A stretch of 64,000 bases of DNA from Amoebophrya sp. A120 (taxonomy: Eukaryota > Protista > Dinoflagellata): positions 10,011,432 to 10,075,431 of the forward strand of contig CAJINV010000001.1 in NCBI GenBank assembly GCA_905178155.1, written 5' to 3'. Position numbers and translations under genes: made by a program. Positions 1 to 12,909 of this stretch are shown piece after piece (positions within the stretch are counted from its first letter, which is position 1; the number at the start of each line of letters is the position of its first letter). The notes under the pieces are model-generated. The model was not told the DNA's origin. It ran no database searches and saw only the letters and a program-made list of their open reading frames with translations.

Positions 1-97
1 GGCTCCGCTGCTTCGAGGCTCCGCTGCTTCGAGGCTCCGCTGCTTCGAGGCTTCCTTCGGCGTTTCGAGGCCTCATCGTTTCGAGGCTTCGCCGCTT
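1..97. repeat. 16-bp tandem repeat (GGCTCCGCTGCTTCGA x3 plus degenerate copies)
   Basis: Three exact copies at 1-48, then decayed copies; may continue upstream of the window. Confidence 0.9.
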
Positions 98-139
98 AGA
101 AGCTTGGGCACTTTGTCTGCATTTCGTTGTTGTTGTTTT

Positions 140-385
140 TCGTTTTTATTCTTTGTTTCCGTTTTTTGTTTTCATTCTTTGTTTTCATTCTTTGTTTTCA
201 TTCTTTGTTTTCGTTTTTCGTTTCTATTCTTTGTTTTCGTTTTTCGTTTCCATTCTTTGTTTTCGTTTTTCGTTTCCATTCTTTGTTTTCGTTTTTCGTT
301 TCCATTCTTTGTTTTCTTTTTTCGTTTCCATTCTTTGTTTTCGTTTTTCGTTTCCATTCTTTGTTTCCGTTTTTCGTTTCTATTG
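140..385. repeat. T-rich 26-bp minisatellite (CATTCTTTGTTTTCGTTTTTCGTTTC)n
   Basis: About 6-7 near-identical units at ~200-385, preceded by degenerate half units. The three + frame translations repeat every 26 aa (3 x 26 nt). Confidence 0.9.
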
Positions 386-1507
386 TTTATTTTTATTGCG
401 GGATACTATTAAATAATGGGTTTTCTGACTTATAACTAGTCATGGTAGAGATTGAGTTTCTTTTTTCAGTCTTACAGAAATATCTTTGTCGTTCACGAAT
501 GTATCTTCATTGTATCAGACTAGAAGTTTCGATTTCGTTCTCTACACTAGCTATCACGACGAATCTCTCAACTTTTCCTAGTATCAAACTGTATACATGG
601 TTGTTGCGTTCTGGTTCTCTCGTACAACGCAAGAAATCGACTTCAAAAAATAATCCAAAACTGTACATACTCGCTTTCGCGAAAATTCCAACTAGGTCTA
701 CCATGACACGGATTGATCATCATGATAAGTAGGTCTATGATTACACTTTCAGATGTCCGCTATGAGGAAGATAAGGAGATACAACGTGATATTGCTCGGA
801 TTGCAAGCTGTGTTTGCAACTGACATCGGTTCTATTTCATTTCACTGGCAAAAAACATCGGTTTTCGTGCAAACCACGCCAGCTTACGACTAAAGAGACT
901 GAAAAAAGAGTCGGTCCCCGTGCAACATTTTGATCGTCAGGAATTCGGTGCGTGCAAAAGCAAACGAGTACTAACAGGATTATTTTTTCGTCGTCGTCCG
1001 TTTTCGTTCGTCTTGTTTGTTTTGAAAAATCGTAATGAATCATAGTCAAAGTCAAACCATGAATTCTGGAAACAATCCTCCAGGTCTTCATCGAATCCTG
1101 ATTATTTTTCCAATTTTGTTAGCACAACCCCTTGCCCGAAATTGTGTGTAGTGTAGATAGTGTAGTTATAACACCGTTGATATGTTCGCTACGCCATGCT
1201 GTAGTGCATCAGCGGCCTGATATGCTCCCAGTTCTGCGTACATTATGAGAAGCAAAGGCAGGCGCTGATCCGAGTTTATCAATCGTTATTTTTACCACGC
1301 ACGAGAATTACTCACGCACCTGAGAAAAACAAAATTTAAAGTATCTACTCGATGAACATCATTTTTTCACATCTTTCAACATCTGCATCCATGATTTTAC
1401 TTCCCCCACCATACTATTCAAACCAAAACCTGTTCACATGATGCGCGACCATGGCGGGCGCTCCTTTTGCGACTTGCTTCACTGAAGGACGCTAGCAGAT
1501 CGGCAAA

Positions 1508-4500
1508 ATGATTGCCAGTATTGTGAGTAACACCAGCACCACCAAGGTGATGGCCGAGGAGGGCGAGGACGGGAAAATGCGGAAGCCGCACTTTATGCTG
1601 TCCGCCCTCGCGGGACGGAAAAGGCGAAAAGGGAACGGCAGGACGAGCATGGTGGAGTACACCCCGTACCTCCGACAACTGCCGCCTGCGGACTACTCCC
1701 GCTTCGACTTTTTGCACCCGGGCAAGAAGGAGCTCGGCCAGATGTTCCCGAGCCGCGAACGGGAGCTCTCGTTAGCCTTCTTCCGGAACATGTTCGGCAC
1801 GTTAGTCCAGCGGTTCGGAGACTCGCACGGCGAGATCCCGAGTAGCCACTTCGAACGAGCCATGACACGAGTGTGTCGATTAATAGGTGATAAGGACCGA
1901 AAAATCGAGGCTGCGCGCTACGACGTCGACGGCAGCGGTATCATTCTAGTTGATGCAGCTTTTTCTGACTACAGCGAGACTCAGTCCGTCGCGAATTTGC
2001 ATTTGAATTTCGGTTCATCTGATCGCGCCTGAAGAATTTTCTGTACGTGTAATTCTAGTTTGAGTTACCAGCGTGATCTTCATCTCTCAATTTTTTTACC
2101 AAATACAGGCTCCGTCGGTTGGTGGGAATTCGTCGCTTGCTGGAAGGACAACCGGTTTTTCTACGAATACTCCACGTGGGAGCGAATTTCAATCCTTTTC
2201 GAGGATCCGGGCAGCTCCCGGCTCGCGCGGCAAATCCAGATGCTGCTGATGTGCACAATTCTGCTCTCCACCGTGCTTTTCATCATCGGAACGCTTCCGA
2301 GCATGAAAATTTGGCCCAGCGACAACTGCCAGTCGCTGTGCGACAAGGACAAGAGGGTGACCCCGTTTACGCCCGAGGCCGTGGGGTGGTGCGAGAAGGA
2401 GTGCGAGCCCGTGGCGACCCCGGAGTTCGAGTTGCTCGAGGTGGTCTGCGTGATGGTCTTCACATTCGAGTATGTCACCAGGATTGTGTCCTGCCACGCC
2501 TGCCGACCGGAGCTGATCCACACCAATGGATTACTGGAGCTGGTCTTGAACGAGAACTGCAAGCGGAAATCCTCCGCGGTCCAGCGCGTCTGGCAGTTCT
2601 TCATCAACCCCCTGAACTTAGTCGATTTAATGGCGGTCGCTCCCTTTTACATCGAGCTGGGACTGGCCTCGCACCTCGAGGGTGGCAGTGGGGTGGACGG
2701 GAGCACCGTGCTTCGTGTCATCCGTCTTACGAGGTTATTTCGGTTACTGAAGGTCGCGAGGTATTTTCACACTTTGAACGTCATCGTCCGGGTGGTGCAG
2801 AGGGCGGCGGCCGGACTCGCAGTGTTGCTCTTCGTGTTGATGCTCTGCGTCATCTTCTCAGCCTCGGTGCTTTACTTCGCGGAACAAGGTATTTTTTCTG
2901 AAATTTGGGTTTGTTCATGTCCTAGTGATGTCGATATAGTAGTCATCTACTTGTTCGTGTTGATGAGTTTTTTTTCAGCATGATGTCGCATTAGGAATTT
3001 GAGCTAACGTGCGCTGCTAATCAAATTTCGACGTGGCATGATCAAATCTTTACCCCACAGGTGACTGGGACGTCGAGCAGAATGCTTACACGCGTTACAA
3101 CTGGGTCCAGAACACAGAAGAACAGACGCCATTCAAATCTATCCCTCATTCGATGTGGTGGTCATTTGTGACCTACACAACAGTGGGGTACGGTGACATG
3201 ATGCCCTACAGCGTTGTTGGTACTGAGTTTTTTTGTGAACAATTTCGTCCTTTTTAAGTGCTTCTAGTTGAAATTCTATGACAGGTACATAGCGCGATCG
3301 TTATCCGACTCCGAGCACGAGAAAAAAAATCTCATTAAAAAACCCTTTTTCCAGGTCAAACATTGGCCATCATCTCTATGTTGTGCTCCATGCTGAGTGT
3401 GGGTATGCCGACTTCCGTCCTTTTGCGCTCCTTCAATGACGTCTGGGACGAAGCCATACAGGAGCAGGTAATGATTTAAAACATAACTTTTTTCATTCTA
3501 CGACAAATTTCATTTGGAATGCTTTATGTTTTTGCTTTGGGTTTCGCCAGATGCAACTCTCTTGTTCCTTCCCCGCGATTTTTATACTAAAAGCCAAAAT
3601 CACTTTTCGCCACACCTTCGAAACTGACAGGTCGAGCAACGAACGCAAACGGAAGTGGAACGTGAGGCCGTCGAGAATGTGTTTCTGTACTCGGAACCGT
3701 TTATGCAGATGAGGAGGGTGCTTATCGAGGTCTACGACGACACGTTGTCCAGTCAGCAGCACGATTTCCTGGGGCAGTGCATGCTGGAGTTCGACACGAT
3801 CGGCGTGCCGCAACTGAAGAGCAAGGGTTTGGTGCAGCAGTTTGTCCGCAACTCCAGCGCCGTGCTGGAGGCGTCCGTCCGGTCCGAGTCCGCGAAGAAC
3901 AAAAACGCGTCAAAATCGGCGATAAGCTCGCGCACGGCAACCAAGGAATCCAGTAACCCCTCGGATTCCAACGCGGCGAGTGCTGAACAACAACCGCAGG
4001 TGGACTACGACCCGTGGACCGCAACTGTGGAGCTCTCATTAGACGACAACCCGCTGAAGCCCAGGATAAACACGCTTCCGATAACGGGCAACATCACCAT
4101 CGAATTGACCTGGACCCCCGACCCTGACGCCGACATGGTGGAAGTCGCGGTGTTGAACATGCAGGGCGACCCCACCAGCCCGGGCGGCAGCGATTCTTTG
4201 ACGCACCCGCCGAAAGCGGCGACGTCCTTTGCGGAAAAGGAGCAGGAGGACCAGGCGCAGTTTTTCGAGGAGTTGGTTTTACCCAACAAAGCTTCCTCAG
4301 CAGGCGCGGAGAACAAGGAAGGCGACCACGAAGTGGAAGTGCCTTCGCTTCCGTCCATGTCTTCTGCCAGCTCCGTGGAAGTTTTGCCAGTAGTTGTAGC
4401 GAGGAGAGATGATCATGACGGTCGTGCAGCAACTTACCATTCCAGACGCGACGCCGAAGAGGAACTGTCCAGAACGCTGCACGCGCACTTGCCCGCCCGA

Positions 4501-5334
4501 CCGTATGAAGGGCGGCACATGGCGGTTACGGGCGGCGGCGGGAAGAAACCCGAACCAGTCTCGTCGCCCACGGGCCGAAACCCCAGCAGTTTGGTCACCC
4601 CCAGCAACGCAGGCAGCAAGAAGTACGAAGACCAAATGTTGGCATTATCCCCCGGAACGTTGTCTGTCCGGGTGCTCGGCGTCACCGGAATTTCCGCCGT
4701 GCGCGAAGCAACCGGAGAGCCTCCGGGCACGCTCACGCTGGACCCCTACGTTACAGTCACCGTCTGGAATCGACCGCCGAAAAACGTATGATTTTTTTCT
4801 ATGATTCTTAGCTTTGGTAGTTGTTGTTTCGAGCCATTTACTTTGTTGCGAAAACTTTTCGGAATTTCTTCGTGTCATTTTTTGTCAACATTGTGGTCCA
4901 TGGGTGTGTTACTGCCTCGCCGGCCATTTGGCACAACCACAATATTGAAGAGCGATTTCTATTGCTCTTTTGATTCACCACAGGACGACGACGACGAGTC
5001 GGAGGATGAAGACCCGAACGCGAGGCTCGTGAGCGCCGAGGACGCCTTTTTGTCGGTGCGCACAAAGCTCGGCGAGGTAGTTACCAGGAAACGCACGCAA
5101 ACCGCGCCGGATTCCATCGTGCCGGAGTTCGACGAGATCCTCGACTTCAAGTACAGTTGGCTGAGTCAGAAGGAGGAGCGGGAGCAGCGGCGCGAAAGGT
5201 CACCGAAAGGAGCAAAGGAATCTCAGTTGTCACTCATGCAAGATTTGACGAGAAAGATCACCCGAATGGAGCAACGCCTCGCCGCCAACGACGAGCATGC
5301 GGCGCGTCAGCGACAAGTCTCCAATGACCACTAA
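1508..5334 (+). CDS. Voltage-gated (6TM, Kv-like) potassium channel with N-terminal EF-hand and C-terminal C2-like segments; 6 exons
   Basis: GT-AG introns 1938-2108, 2889-3060, 3220-3354, 3468-3630 and 4786-4983 all keep frame. S4 [19 protein letters not shown]; pore [20 protein letters not shown] in exon 3061-3219; EF loop DVDGSGSVGWWE formed across intron 1. Start could be ATG 1508 or 1550. Confidence 0.92.
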
Positions 5335-6614
5335 AGTGAGTCAGCCTTGTTGTTTTCCCCAACACACCTTATATATTTAGTATTTTTTAGAAATTAGTCA
5401 CCATTTTACCTTTACAACCATAGTTTTTTTGTATATCGAATCAGACATTGTATTGCAAAAGTAAACTGCTTATAAAAAATCACACAGTTCCATTTTTCTT
5501 ATCTTACTTACGCATAAAATAATCATCACAAACTACGTTTTTCTTATCTTACTCACATCCTTTTAATCTTGTATTTTTAGTTTGAAATAGCAACATATCA
5601 GTCGCAACCGGTACCGATTGCGATGGCACAGCCACATCATTTTTCCTCGAGGAAAAAACTCATAATTAGCAGTACACAAAATTAACACTTAACGAAGATT
5701 TTTTTTCTTTTTCAGCCCCGGCACTGCCCCTTTACACGTAATCGTGCTTACACAGAGGGATTCGTCGTGGACTAAAACTTTTTAGCCTATAGATGTCCGC
5801 TCCGTGTAGGTGCCCCCGAAAGATGTCCCCCCAAAAAAAATAGCACTTCGGAAGGATATATAACATTCATCAGGAGCTCGCACGCCGCGAAGAGAGGCGA
5901 AAGGTAGTTAGGCGCGCCTTTCTTCATGCATTTCTGCAATGCGTTGAATTTGAATTGCGCGTGACACAAAGAAGGCGGAAGCACAAAAAATGCATACGAA
6001 TGTCATGAAGGAAGGGCGCAAACAAAAAGAGGATGAAGAAATCAGTGGCATTTTTCCAAAAGAAGTGAGGAGCTGTTACTGTTAGTGCCAGTTTTTCACT
6101 TTGAAGCGTGGTAACAAGTAGTACGAAACCATTTTTCGTAACGAATAGCGAGTACAAGGAAGTACGAACACGACACGCTAGTGTAGGATTTTTCACATGG
6201 AAAAACGCAGCCATATCTTCCTAATCTTTTCTTTCTGGAACGAACGGCGCACAGGTAAAATAAATTTAGTATTTATGGTACAACGATTCCGCGCGACGCT
6301 AAAATTAGTCCGACACTGCTACCGCCTGCACTATTCTTTGAATGGATCGCATCTCCCTTCTTTTTTTCTTTTATCACGACGACCACCTCGGCAGCATTCC
6401 AGAAGCTGTCTTCTGGAACAGAACAGGCTTCTCCGTAAAGCTGTGTTTCATGTCAAAATGTACTTAATCGAGGAGCAGTGAGAATCGTGGTACTAGAGAA
6501 GCAAGGGCTTTCGAAAGACAGAGAGACGAGAGATCAACACGAGCGATACCAACAGCTTGAAATATGAGCTGCCTCAATTTCCGAGAGAGTGGTCGCTAGA
6601 GGAGCGAGAAGAAA

Positions 6615-9600
6615 ATGAGTGTGAGATTGTTTGTGACCACGAGTGTGCTTATCGCGTGGTCTCAAGTTTGTCACTCGGAATGCCCACACGTGGCGATTTC
6701 GTTTGCGTCGTTTTTCCTCGTTTTGAGCAGTGAGACAAGAAGCTTGCGGTCATTATCAATCTTCCAAGAATGCCACCAGGACTCGCGAACCCCTGTCGCT
6801 GAGAAATTTGAATTCGTCGAATGCATGGCCACCTAAACTTCTTTCTTGAATTCGCATTTTTAAAAAGAAAAGCAAGAGCCTTGTAGTCAGTCGAACTTTC
6901 CTACATTATCCATTGAGTTTGAGGCCGAGCCATTTACTCAAATACTTTTTCATGACTGAAAAACAACCACACCGTACGCGCCGCACACCCTGGCCTTTCA
7001 GGCACGATAGCAACTCGGCAGTTGAAGATGTTTCGTAATAGTCACACCGACGCGTTGATTCTGCTACCGTGCTGGACGACGGTAGTCACCTTCCCTGAAC
7101 TGTTTTTTTTGGAGAACTGAAGAGCTGCTGAGCGCAAATCGCCACGGTCATGGGTGATCCTGTCTACCAGGGGGCGGTATTCCGCGTTGTGGTCAATAAA
7201 AAGACGCCGGAGGGCTGGCGCCTTGACGGCGCACGATGGTAAGCCAGGGGCTAGTACCTGATTTTTTCATCACTGCATGATTCTTGTACTTCATAGGGCG
7301 TTGTTTTCGTGGGTTGTTTTGTTGCATGGTTCTGCCCACGGAGTAACTGCTGTCAACACAGTTGATTGAATCCGTACAGGTTCACGGACTCCGCTTGTCA
7401 GGAGGAGGTTCTTCCGACCATGGAGTACATGGTAAATACGGACCGGACTGCTGCTTATGGAAGAAGACAGGTACTGCTACGTTGTCCTAATTCTAGTTTC
7501 GAAATGCTATGTCAATGCATTCCCTAGCTGTGTCGTCGAGAGAGTGCCTGCGGATGTCGTCTTTTCGGAGCGAGATCATGCGAAATCAAAATTGCTTTTG
7601 CTCGTACGATAATCTTTCCAAATTCCACAGTCTGTCTCAACGCTTCCGTATCGAGCACCATGCGACGATGATACTGCTTTCGACGCATGCGGGTGTCGAC
7701 AACCATACGCCGGATTCAACTCAACAACAGACAAGTGCCAGCTGGGCAGCGAAACGGATTGTACTACTTTCTATTTTGGTTGGACTTGGAGTTGTCGTAC
7801 TGCCGCACCATTGCGTTATTGATGTGTTATGCAGAATCAGCAACAAAAAATCCGAATCTTCAGTCAAAAATCAAAATCAGCTCGCGACGAATATTATTGC
7901 GCCGAAAAGAAGATCTTTGCTGCGGACCAAAGGGATTATGGCTGTCCGGCTGGAAAAACAAGTTACGAGGCCTGGTTTGAGACCTGGAACACGAATGTGA
8001 AGTGCGTCAAGCTGCGACAGTACTTTTGTTTGAAATTGGTATGATTTTTTGTTTCCATGACACAGACACTGTCTGTTCTGCTTCCTTTACCCACAACCAC
8101 GACGCTCGGAGCGAACCGCAAAATATCTTCACACCAACGTACTATTCAGGTCGGTATCACCGGCATACCGAGCAACCGAGCTTGCGATACAGCAGTACAA
8201 TATGACCGTTGAGCGTTTTCAGTCTGCGTTACCGCACAGCTCCGGCATACTAGCCATGGCGCCGAATGGCAGGGAAAGAGCGATCCCTTTCCACGCGGGG
8301 TGTGGAGATACGTATCACCTGCCGAACACAACGCAACCAGACGTGCAGCTGGTGTTAAGCAGCGAAAAAGTATCGGCAAATCTCGGGATGGACGCGGTGG
8401 GACGAAGAGCGGTCCTTTTCGCGGCACCAGTAGCTGACGGCATAAATCTACAGCTCTACTGCACCGGAAATGAAGACAGTACTCTGTTTTTTTTGATTTG
8501 GATCTCGTAGTAGGGCAGTGCACTTACAAAAATACAACTTTTGCTTTTCTTTGAGTATGATGAAGTCGCTTTATTCACCCCCTCACCAGCCCTTTACTCA
8601 CGTCACAAACAGGCACAGTGCTTTCAGTTACGTGCAAAGATGGTCATTGGTCGGAGATGCAGTCGTCGTCACGCGGATGCGCTACCCCGCACTTTATTCC
8701 GGCCGGCTTCAACGGCGAGCAGATAAAACACGCTTACACCCCAGCAAACGACACCAGCGGCGCGGATTTACTGGGGATACTTGGAGCCATTTTCGGCATC
8801 GTCGGCAGTTTGATTCTCGGCACCTTCATATGGCGCGTGTTCTTCCGAAGCGGTGCGGCGCAGCTAGACGGGGAACTGCGAGCGGCCTCACCAGGGAGCG
8901 AGGACGGGCTCACCTACAACATGGCTTATGATAACATGATGTCCGCCGAAAGAAGCAACGCGCCTGCGCTTGCGGGACCGAAGAGTATGCTTTTTGACTT
9001 GATCGATCCTGTAGTTGTAAATGTAATCACAGCGGGAAAAAACATGATAAAACCTGAAATGGTTGTTCTCCAAGCTGCAACTTAGTGTAGAGTTTTGATA
9101 TTCCCGAACACATTTGTTTACTTCAGAAGCGCAAGCCGAACCGCAGGGTAGATACGGCAGCTGGGACGATTTTAACACGGTTCCGCCACGCAAAATGAAG
9201 TCGCGGGACGGGGCGCGAAGCACAAAGATAAACGTGACCAACACGCTGAATAGGGTCGAGGAAGAGATGTCAAGAAGCATGATCGGCAGGCGGTCCGACA
9301 GCGGCGGTTCCCGGTCTCAGTCGCCCGCGAAGCGCACGGCAAGATCGGATCGAACGAGGAGTGTCGACGCTGACGTGGACGAGAGTGTAAGGTCCTCGGT
9401 TTCGCCGCCCAGAAAACTGAGGCAGAGGCTCAATACCGCGGGGGAGGACAAGCGGGGTGTGGATTTTGAGATGGACAACACCTCCGAATTCAGCGCAACC
9501 CAGCAGTCCGCACCGAGACAGCGCGGTGGCTACAGCTACCGAACGGGGAGCGCAACGAGGGACACGGCGCGGATGGTGCAGCCGCCAACGAGTAGCAAAA

Positions 9601-10394
9601 CAACGAATTCCGCAGAGAGAAGAGGCGGCGGCGGCGACGAACAGAAGTCGAAGACGCAGCAGCTACTGGAGAGCTGGGACGGCGGGAATGCGGACCGACC
9701 GAGCTCTGCGGCGCTGAAAGCGCTGCGGGCGAAGACGGACCGAATTTTGAACAGCGCAAACCGGCCGGCCGGGGCGTCTTTTATGGAAAAGTCCGCGGAA
9801 ACGCTGATGCGAAAATCGCCGGAAAGAGAACGGGCAGGCGGCCACTCCCGGTCGGCCGCGAGCACCCGGCCGCAGCAGCGGCCCGTCGCGGGCAGTGGCA
9901 GTTATCGCGCAGCCTCCGCATCGGCGACGACCTACAGTAGCGGTACGGCGCCGACGAGGGGAGAGCATGTGAGCATACCACTAGCGCCGAGGACCTTGTC
10001 CGGGTCTGGAGCGGGACCGGTGTCAAGCGGTTTGAACCAGCCGGGGGCCACGTTTCAGCACCCTCGGAGCGGCAGCATTCCTAGAAGCAGTGCGTCCTCC
10101 TCAGCGGGTGCGTCAGCGAGCAGCAGCATGGTGCGCCCACCCGGCGGCTTCACGCAACCCCACGAGCAACAGGAACCAGGATACCACTCGTCGCGAGCGC
10201 GGTCTGGAAGCGGGCAACGGGCAGCAGAACCTGTGAACGACTACTACCGCATGAAGAGTGCTGGTCGTGGCGGGCCAACAGGACCGCCGCGGCCAGGAAG
10301 CCAGTCGCCCGCCGGTCAAGGTTCACTGGACAGATTTGGTCACGCAGCACCCGGGCACGGGAGGATACCGAATCGGGACCGGTTCAACCGCTAG
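6615..10394 (+). CDS. Multi-exon type I membrane protein: putative signal peptide, Cys-containing ectodomain (sushi/CCP-like motif), one TM, long disordered Ser/Gly/Arg-rich tail
   Basis: Hydrophobic start MSVRLFVTTSVLIAW; candidate exons 7171-7238, 7380-7470, ~7835-8038, ~8150-8480, ~8613-8984 and 9127-10394; VTCKDGHWS; TM ILGAIFGIVGSLILGTFIW. The 5' exon structure is uncertain. Confidence 0.6.
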
Positions 10395-11277
10395 GAGGTG
10401 CACCGAAGCAGGTGTCATTTTGTGTACGGTGAACACCTCCAACTGCAGAACTCTATCGCATTTGTTTCCCCGAACAAAACTTATGTAGTATAAACACGAC
10501 CCCTTTACTGCGTCTGTACTCAAATTCAGATCCTGATACAGTTTTCAAACAGGAACAATCAAACGTTTTCAATGATGGATACTATCGCAGAGTCCGATGA
10601 CTTTCGCTTTCTATTAACTTTCGCTGAAAAATCTCGTTTTCACTGCTTTCTATTCCATTCAGACAAAAATCACAATTAGAGATCAGACCCGCGAGGCGGT
10701 CCGAGACACGAAGAGGAAAAGTTTACGAATTCAATTTGCACGGACGCCAAAGAAACCATTTTTAGGATTTCCGTAGTTTCAGACCAAGGAACACAATCTA
10801 GCACTTTTTCGTGCTAGATAATGAGCTAGCTCTTTTTCGCGAACTTAGACGAACTTGTTGCGCAGCATTTTTGAATTTAGACTAGACCCGTTCAACGAAC
10901 TTCAGGCTGCAACGCAAGAGGGATGGGAATCGAACAGGGAACTTTTCAACTTTTTCGCCATTCGCCTGTTACGGTGATGTAAACGCAATCAGCCAGTTCT
11001 TGAAAAATTGAGCGCACGCGGAGGGTACGCGACGTTCCTCCCTATGCCTGCACGATAGTCTCTTCAGCAAGCTGTTCGTAACATGCTTCCGTGGCTTTTT
11101 CCTTGCTCGGTACGGGAACTCAACTTCGGAGGTCTTTTTTTGTGTTTTGTTCCCGTTGATGCTCCTTGTGTTTCGGTTTCGGAATGACTTTCTTGCACGA
11201 CAGGGGTCGATGCGTTGATTTGAAATTTCAGAGAAATTCCATGAAGATCCACCAGGTCGACGCTCAACATTCCTACG

Positions 11278-12909
11278 ATGGCCCCTTCAGCTGTCCTGCT
11301 GAATCCACGTGAACGTCAGTCGCTGGCGCAGTGCTTGCTGGTTCTCGTTTGCAGCGTTGTGATCCCGTATTGCATTTTTGTCGCTTGCATCGACGTTTTG
11401 ATCGCAGAAGAAGATTTGCTTCTGGCTCTGGGCGTCATTTCCCCCGCAGTCTCGATGGTATCCGTCACAGCGCCGTCCTTCGCGGTGTTGCGAAAATTAC
11501 GTGCGTTTGTAAACCCGTACAGGCTCTTACTGCAGCACGACGATGGGGGTTCTTCCGCTTCGGTCGTCGAGCAGGATGCGGAGCTAAGTTCGCAGTCAGG
11601 GATAGACACAACAGCAGGCTCGTACGGCGGGACTACGACCGTTGGTAGAGGAGGAATAAAAAATTCAACTGCCACCTCGTCCTCTGTAGTTCTTCAGATA
11701 CGGGGTCCAACGGAAGAAGAAGTTTCAGCTTCCGACGAGTTGATATCGGCACAAAGAGGGACCACAACAACATCAGCTGCGTCAACGCCAACGGCTGCAA
11801 AACTGGGGCCAGATAATAGCGATGCAAGTGTAGAACCTGCCACAATTCTCCCAACCGCGGTGTTCAAAGCGCAAGGCGTCTGCAACGTACTAGGTGTGTG
11901 CTACGGGATCCAGGTGCGGTCGGAGGCGGTGCTGGCCAGCAACCTTGTCGGGTTGCTGTTCCAACTGTTCTTCCTTGCAGTGGCCGAGCACATGAGCAGC
12001 GTCACGCGCGCGAAGTCTGCTGACAACAATAGCATTTCCAGCGCCGCCTCAGAAGACGAGCGCGAAGATGAAGACGTGGATGACATGAACGACGACGGGG
12101 AACTGGACCCAGGCTTAGAGACTGACACTATGCAAAGAGACACCTTTCCACAAGACGGCATCGAAATGGTGCCAATCGGGAAGCAGCGACTACCGCTAAA
12201 AGGCCGTGGAGATTCATACAGTAGTACGTCTGATAAAGTAGGGACGACAAGCACGAGACAAAAACCTCCTTTTAGCACTGAAGACCAAGTAGATTTCGAC
12301 CCTCACCAACCTGCAACGTCGCGGCAATCTTGGATGGGGAGCTTCGTCTTTTCCTTCGGTTTCCGGCTTGGTCTGGTCATTTTTTGCGGCGTACAAGTCC
12401 TCAATCTGTTACTGCTCGGGCTACTCATTATCGGAGCGACCGTAGTGCTAGCGATGGCACCGTTGTTCCAGCTTCCGACGGTGGTTCGCACGAGAAGAAC
12501 CGACATGCTGGACCCGTGGATGTGCGGCATTTACCTCACCGTGAACGGGGTTTGGTCGCTCTACGGCGTGATTCTTCAAGACGTCGTGATTATTGTGCCC
12601 TCCGTCTTGAGTTACGCACTTTGTGTCTTCCAGCTCGTCGTCATCCTCTGGACGCACCGGTTTTCGCTTCTGGGCATCGCACAGTGGGACTTGAAATTCG
12701 TCTTGAAAATTGCGAACTCCTTCTCCGGGGACGGGAACAGCCGAAGAGGGAGCGGCTTGCTCCCTTCGCATTTCGAAATGCCGGCGCCGAGCGCCATCAG
12801 GCAGTCCGTGTTGATGCGGAAACGGACGAACAGGCACGCGTATCGGCCTTCGCGGAGTACCAGCCGGACGCCAGTGAGGAATTACAGCGGTGCAAATACG
12901 CCGTTTTGA
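11278..12909 (+). CDS. SWEET: SWEET (MtN3/saliva) family sugar transporter with low-complexity insertions
   Basis: Two MtN3-like halves: VTAPSFAVLRK...CYGIQVRSEAVLASNLVG and AMAPLFQLPTVVRTRRTDML...VWSLYGVILQDVVIIVPS. Confidence 0.85.
   Translation: MAPSAVLLNPRERQSLAQCLLVLVCSVVIPYCIFVACIDVLIAEEDLLLALGVISPAVSMVSVTAPSFAVLRKLRAFVNPYRLLLQHDDGGSSASVVEQDAELSSQSGIDTTAGSYGGTTTVGRGGIKNSTATSSSVVLQIRGPTEEEVSASDELISAQRGTTTTSAASTPTAAKLGPDNSDASVEPATILPTAVFKAQGVCNVLGVCYGIQVRSEAVLASNLVGLLFQLFFLAVAEHMSSVTRAKSADNNSISSAASEDEREDEDVDDMNDDGELDPGLETDTMQRDTFPQDGIEMVPIGKQRLPLKGRGDSYSSTSDKVGTTSTRQKPPFSTEDQVDFDPHQPATSRQSWMGSFVFSFGFRLGLVIFCGVQVLNLLLLGLLIIGATVVLAMAPLFQLPTVVRTRRTDMLDPWMCGIYLTVNGVWSLYGVILQDVVIIVPSVLSYALCVFQLVVILWTHRFSLLGIAQWDLKFVLKIANSFSGDGNSRRGSGLLPSHFEMPAPSAIRQSVLMRKRTNRHAYRPSRSTSRTPVRNYSGANTPF

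Noticed and set aside
1-385. CRISPR array or telomere
   Set aside because: The repeats are head-to-tail with no unique spacers, are not TTTAGGG-like, and no cas genes are present.
104-435. Phe-rich ORFs in three frames
   Set aside because: Artefacts of the T-rich 26-bp repeat.
5493-5553. 16-bp direct repeat TTTTTCTTATCTTACT downstream of the channel gene
   Set aside because: Low-complexity local duplication in AT-rich DNA with no evidence of function.
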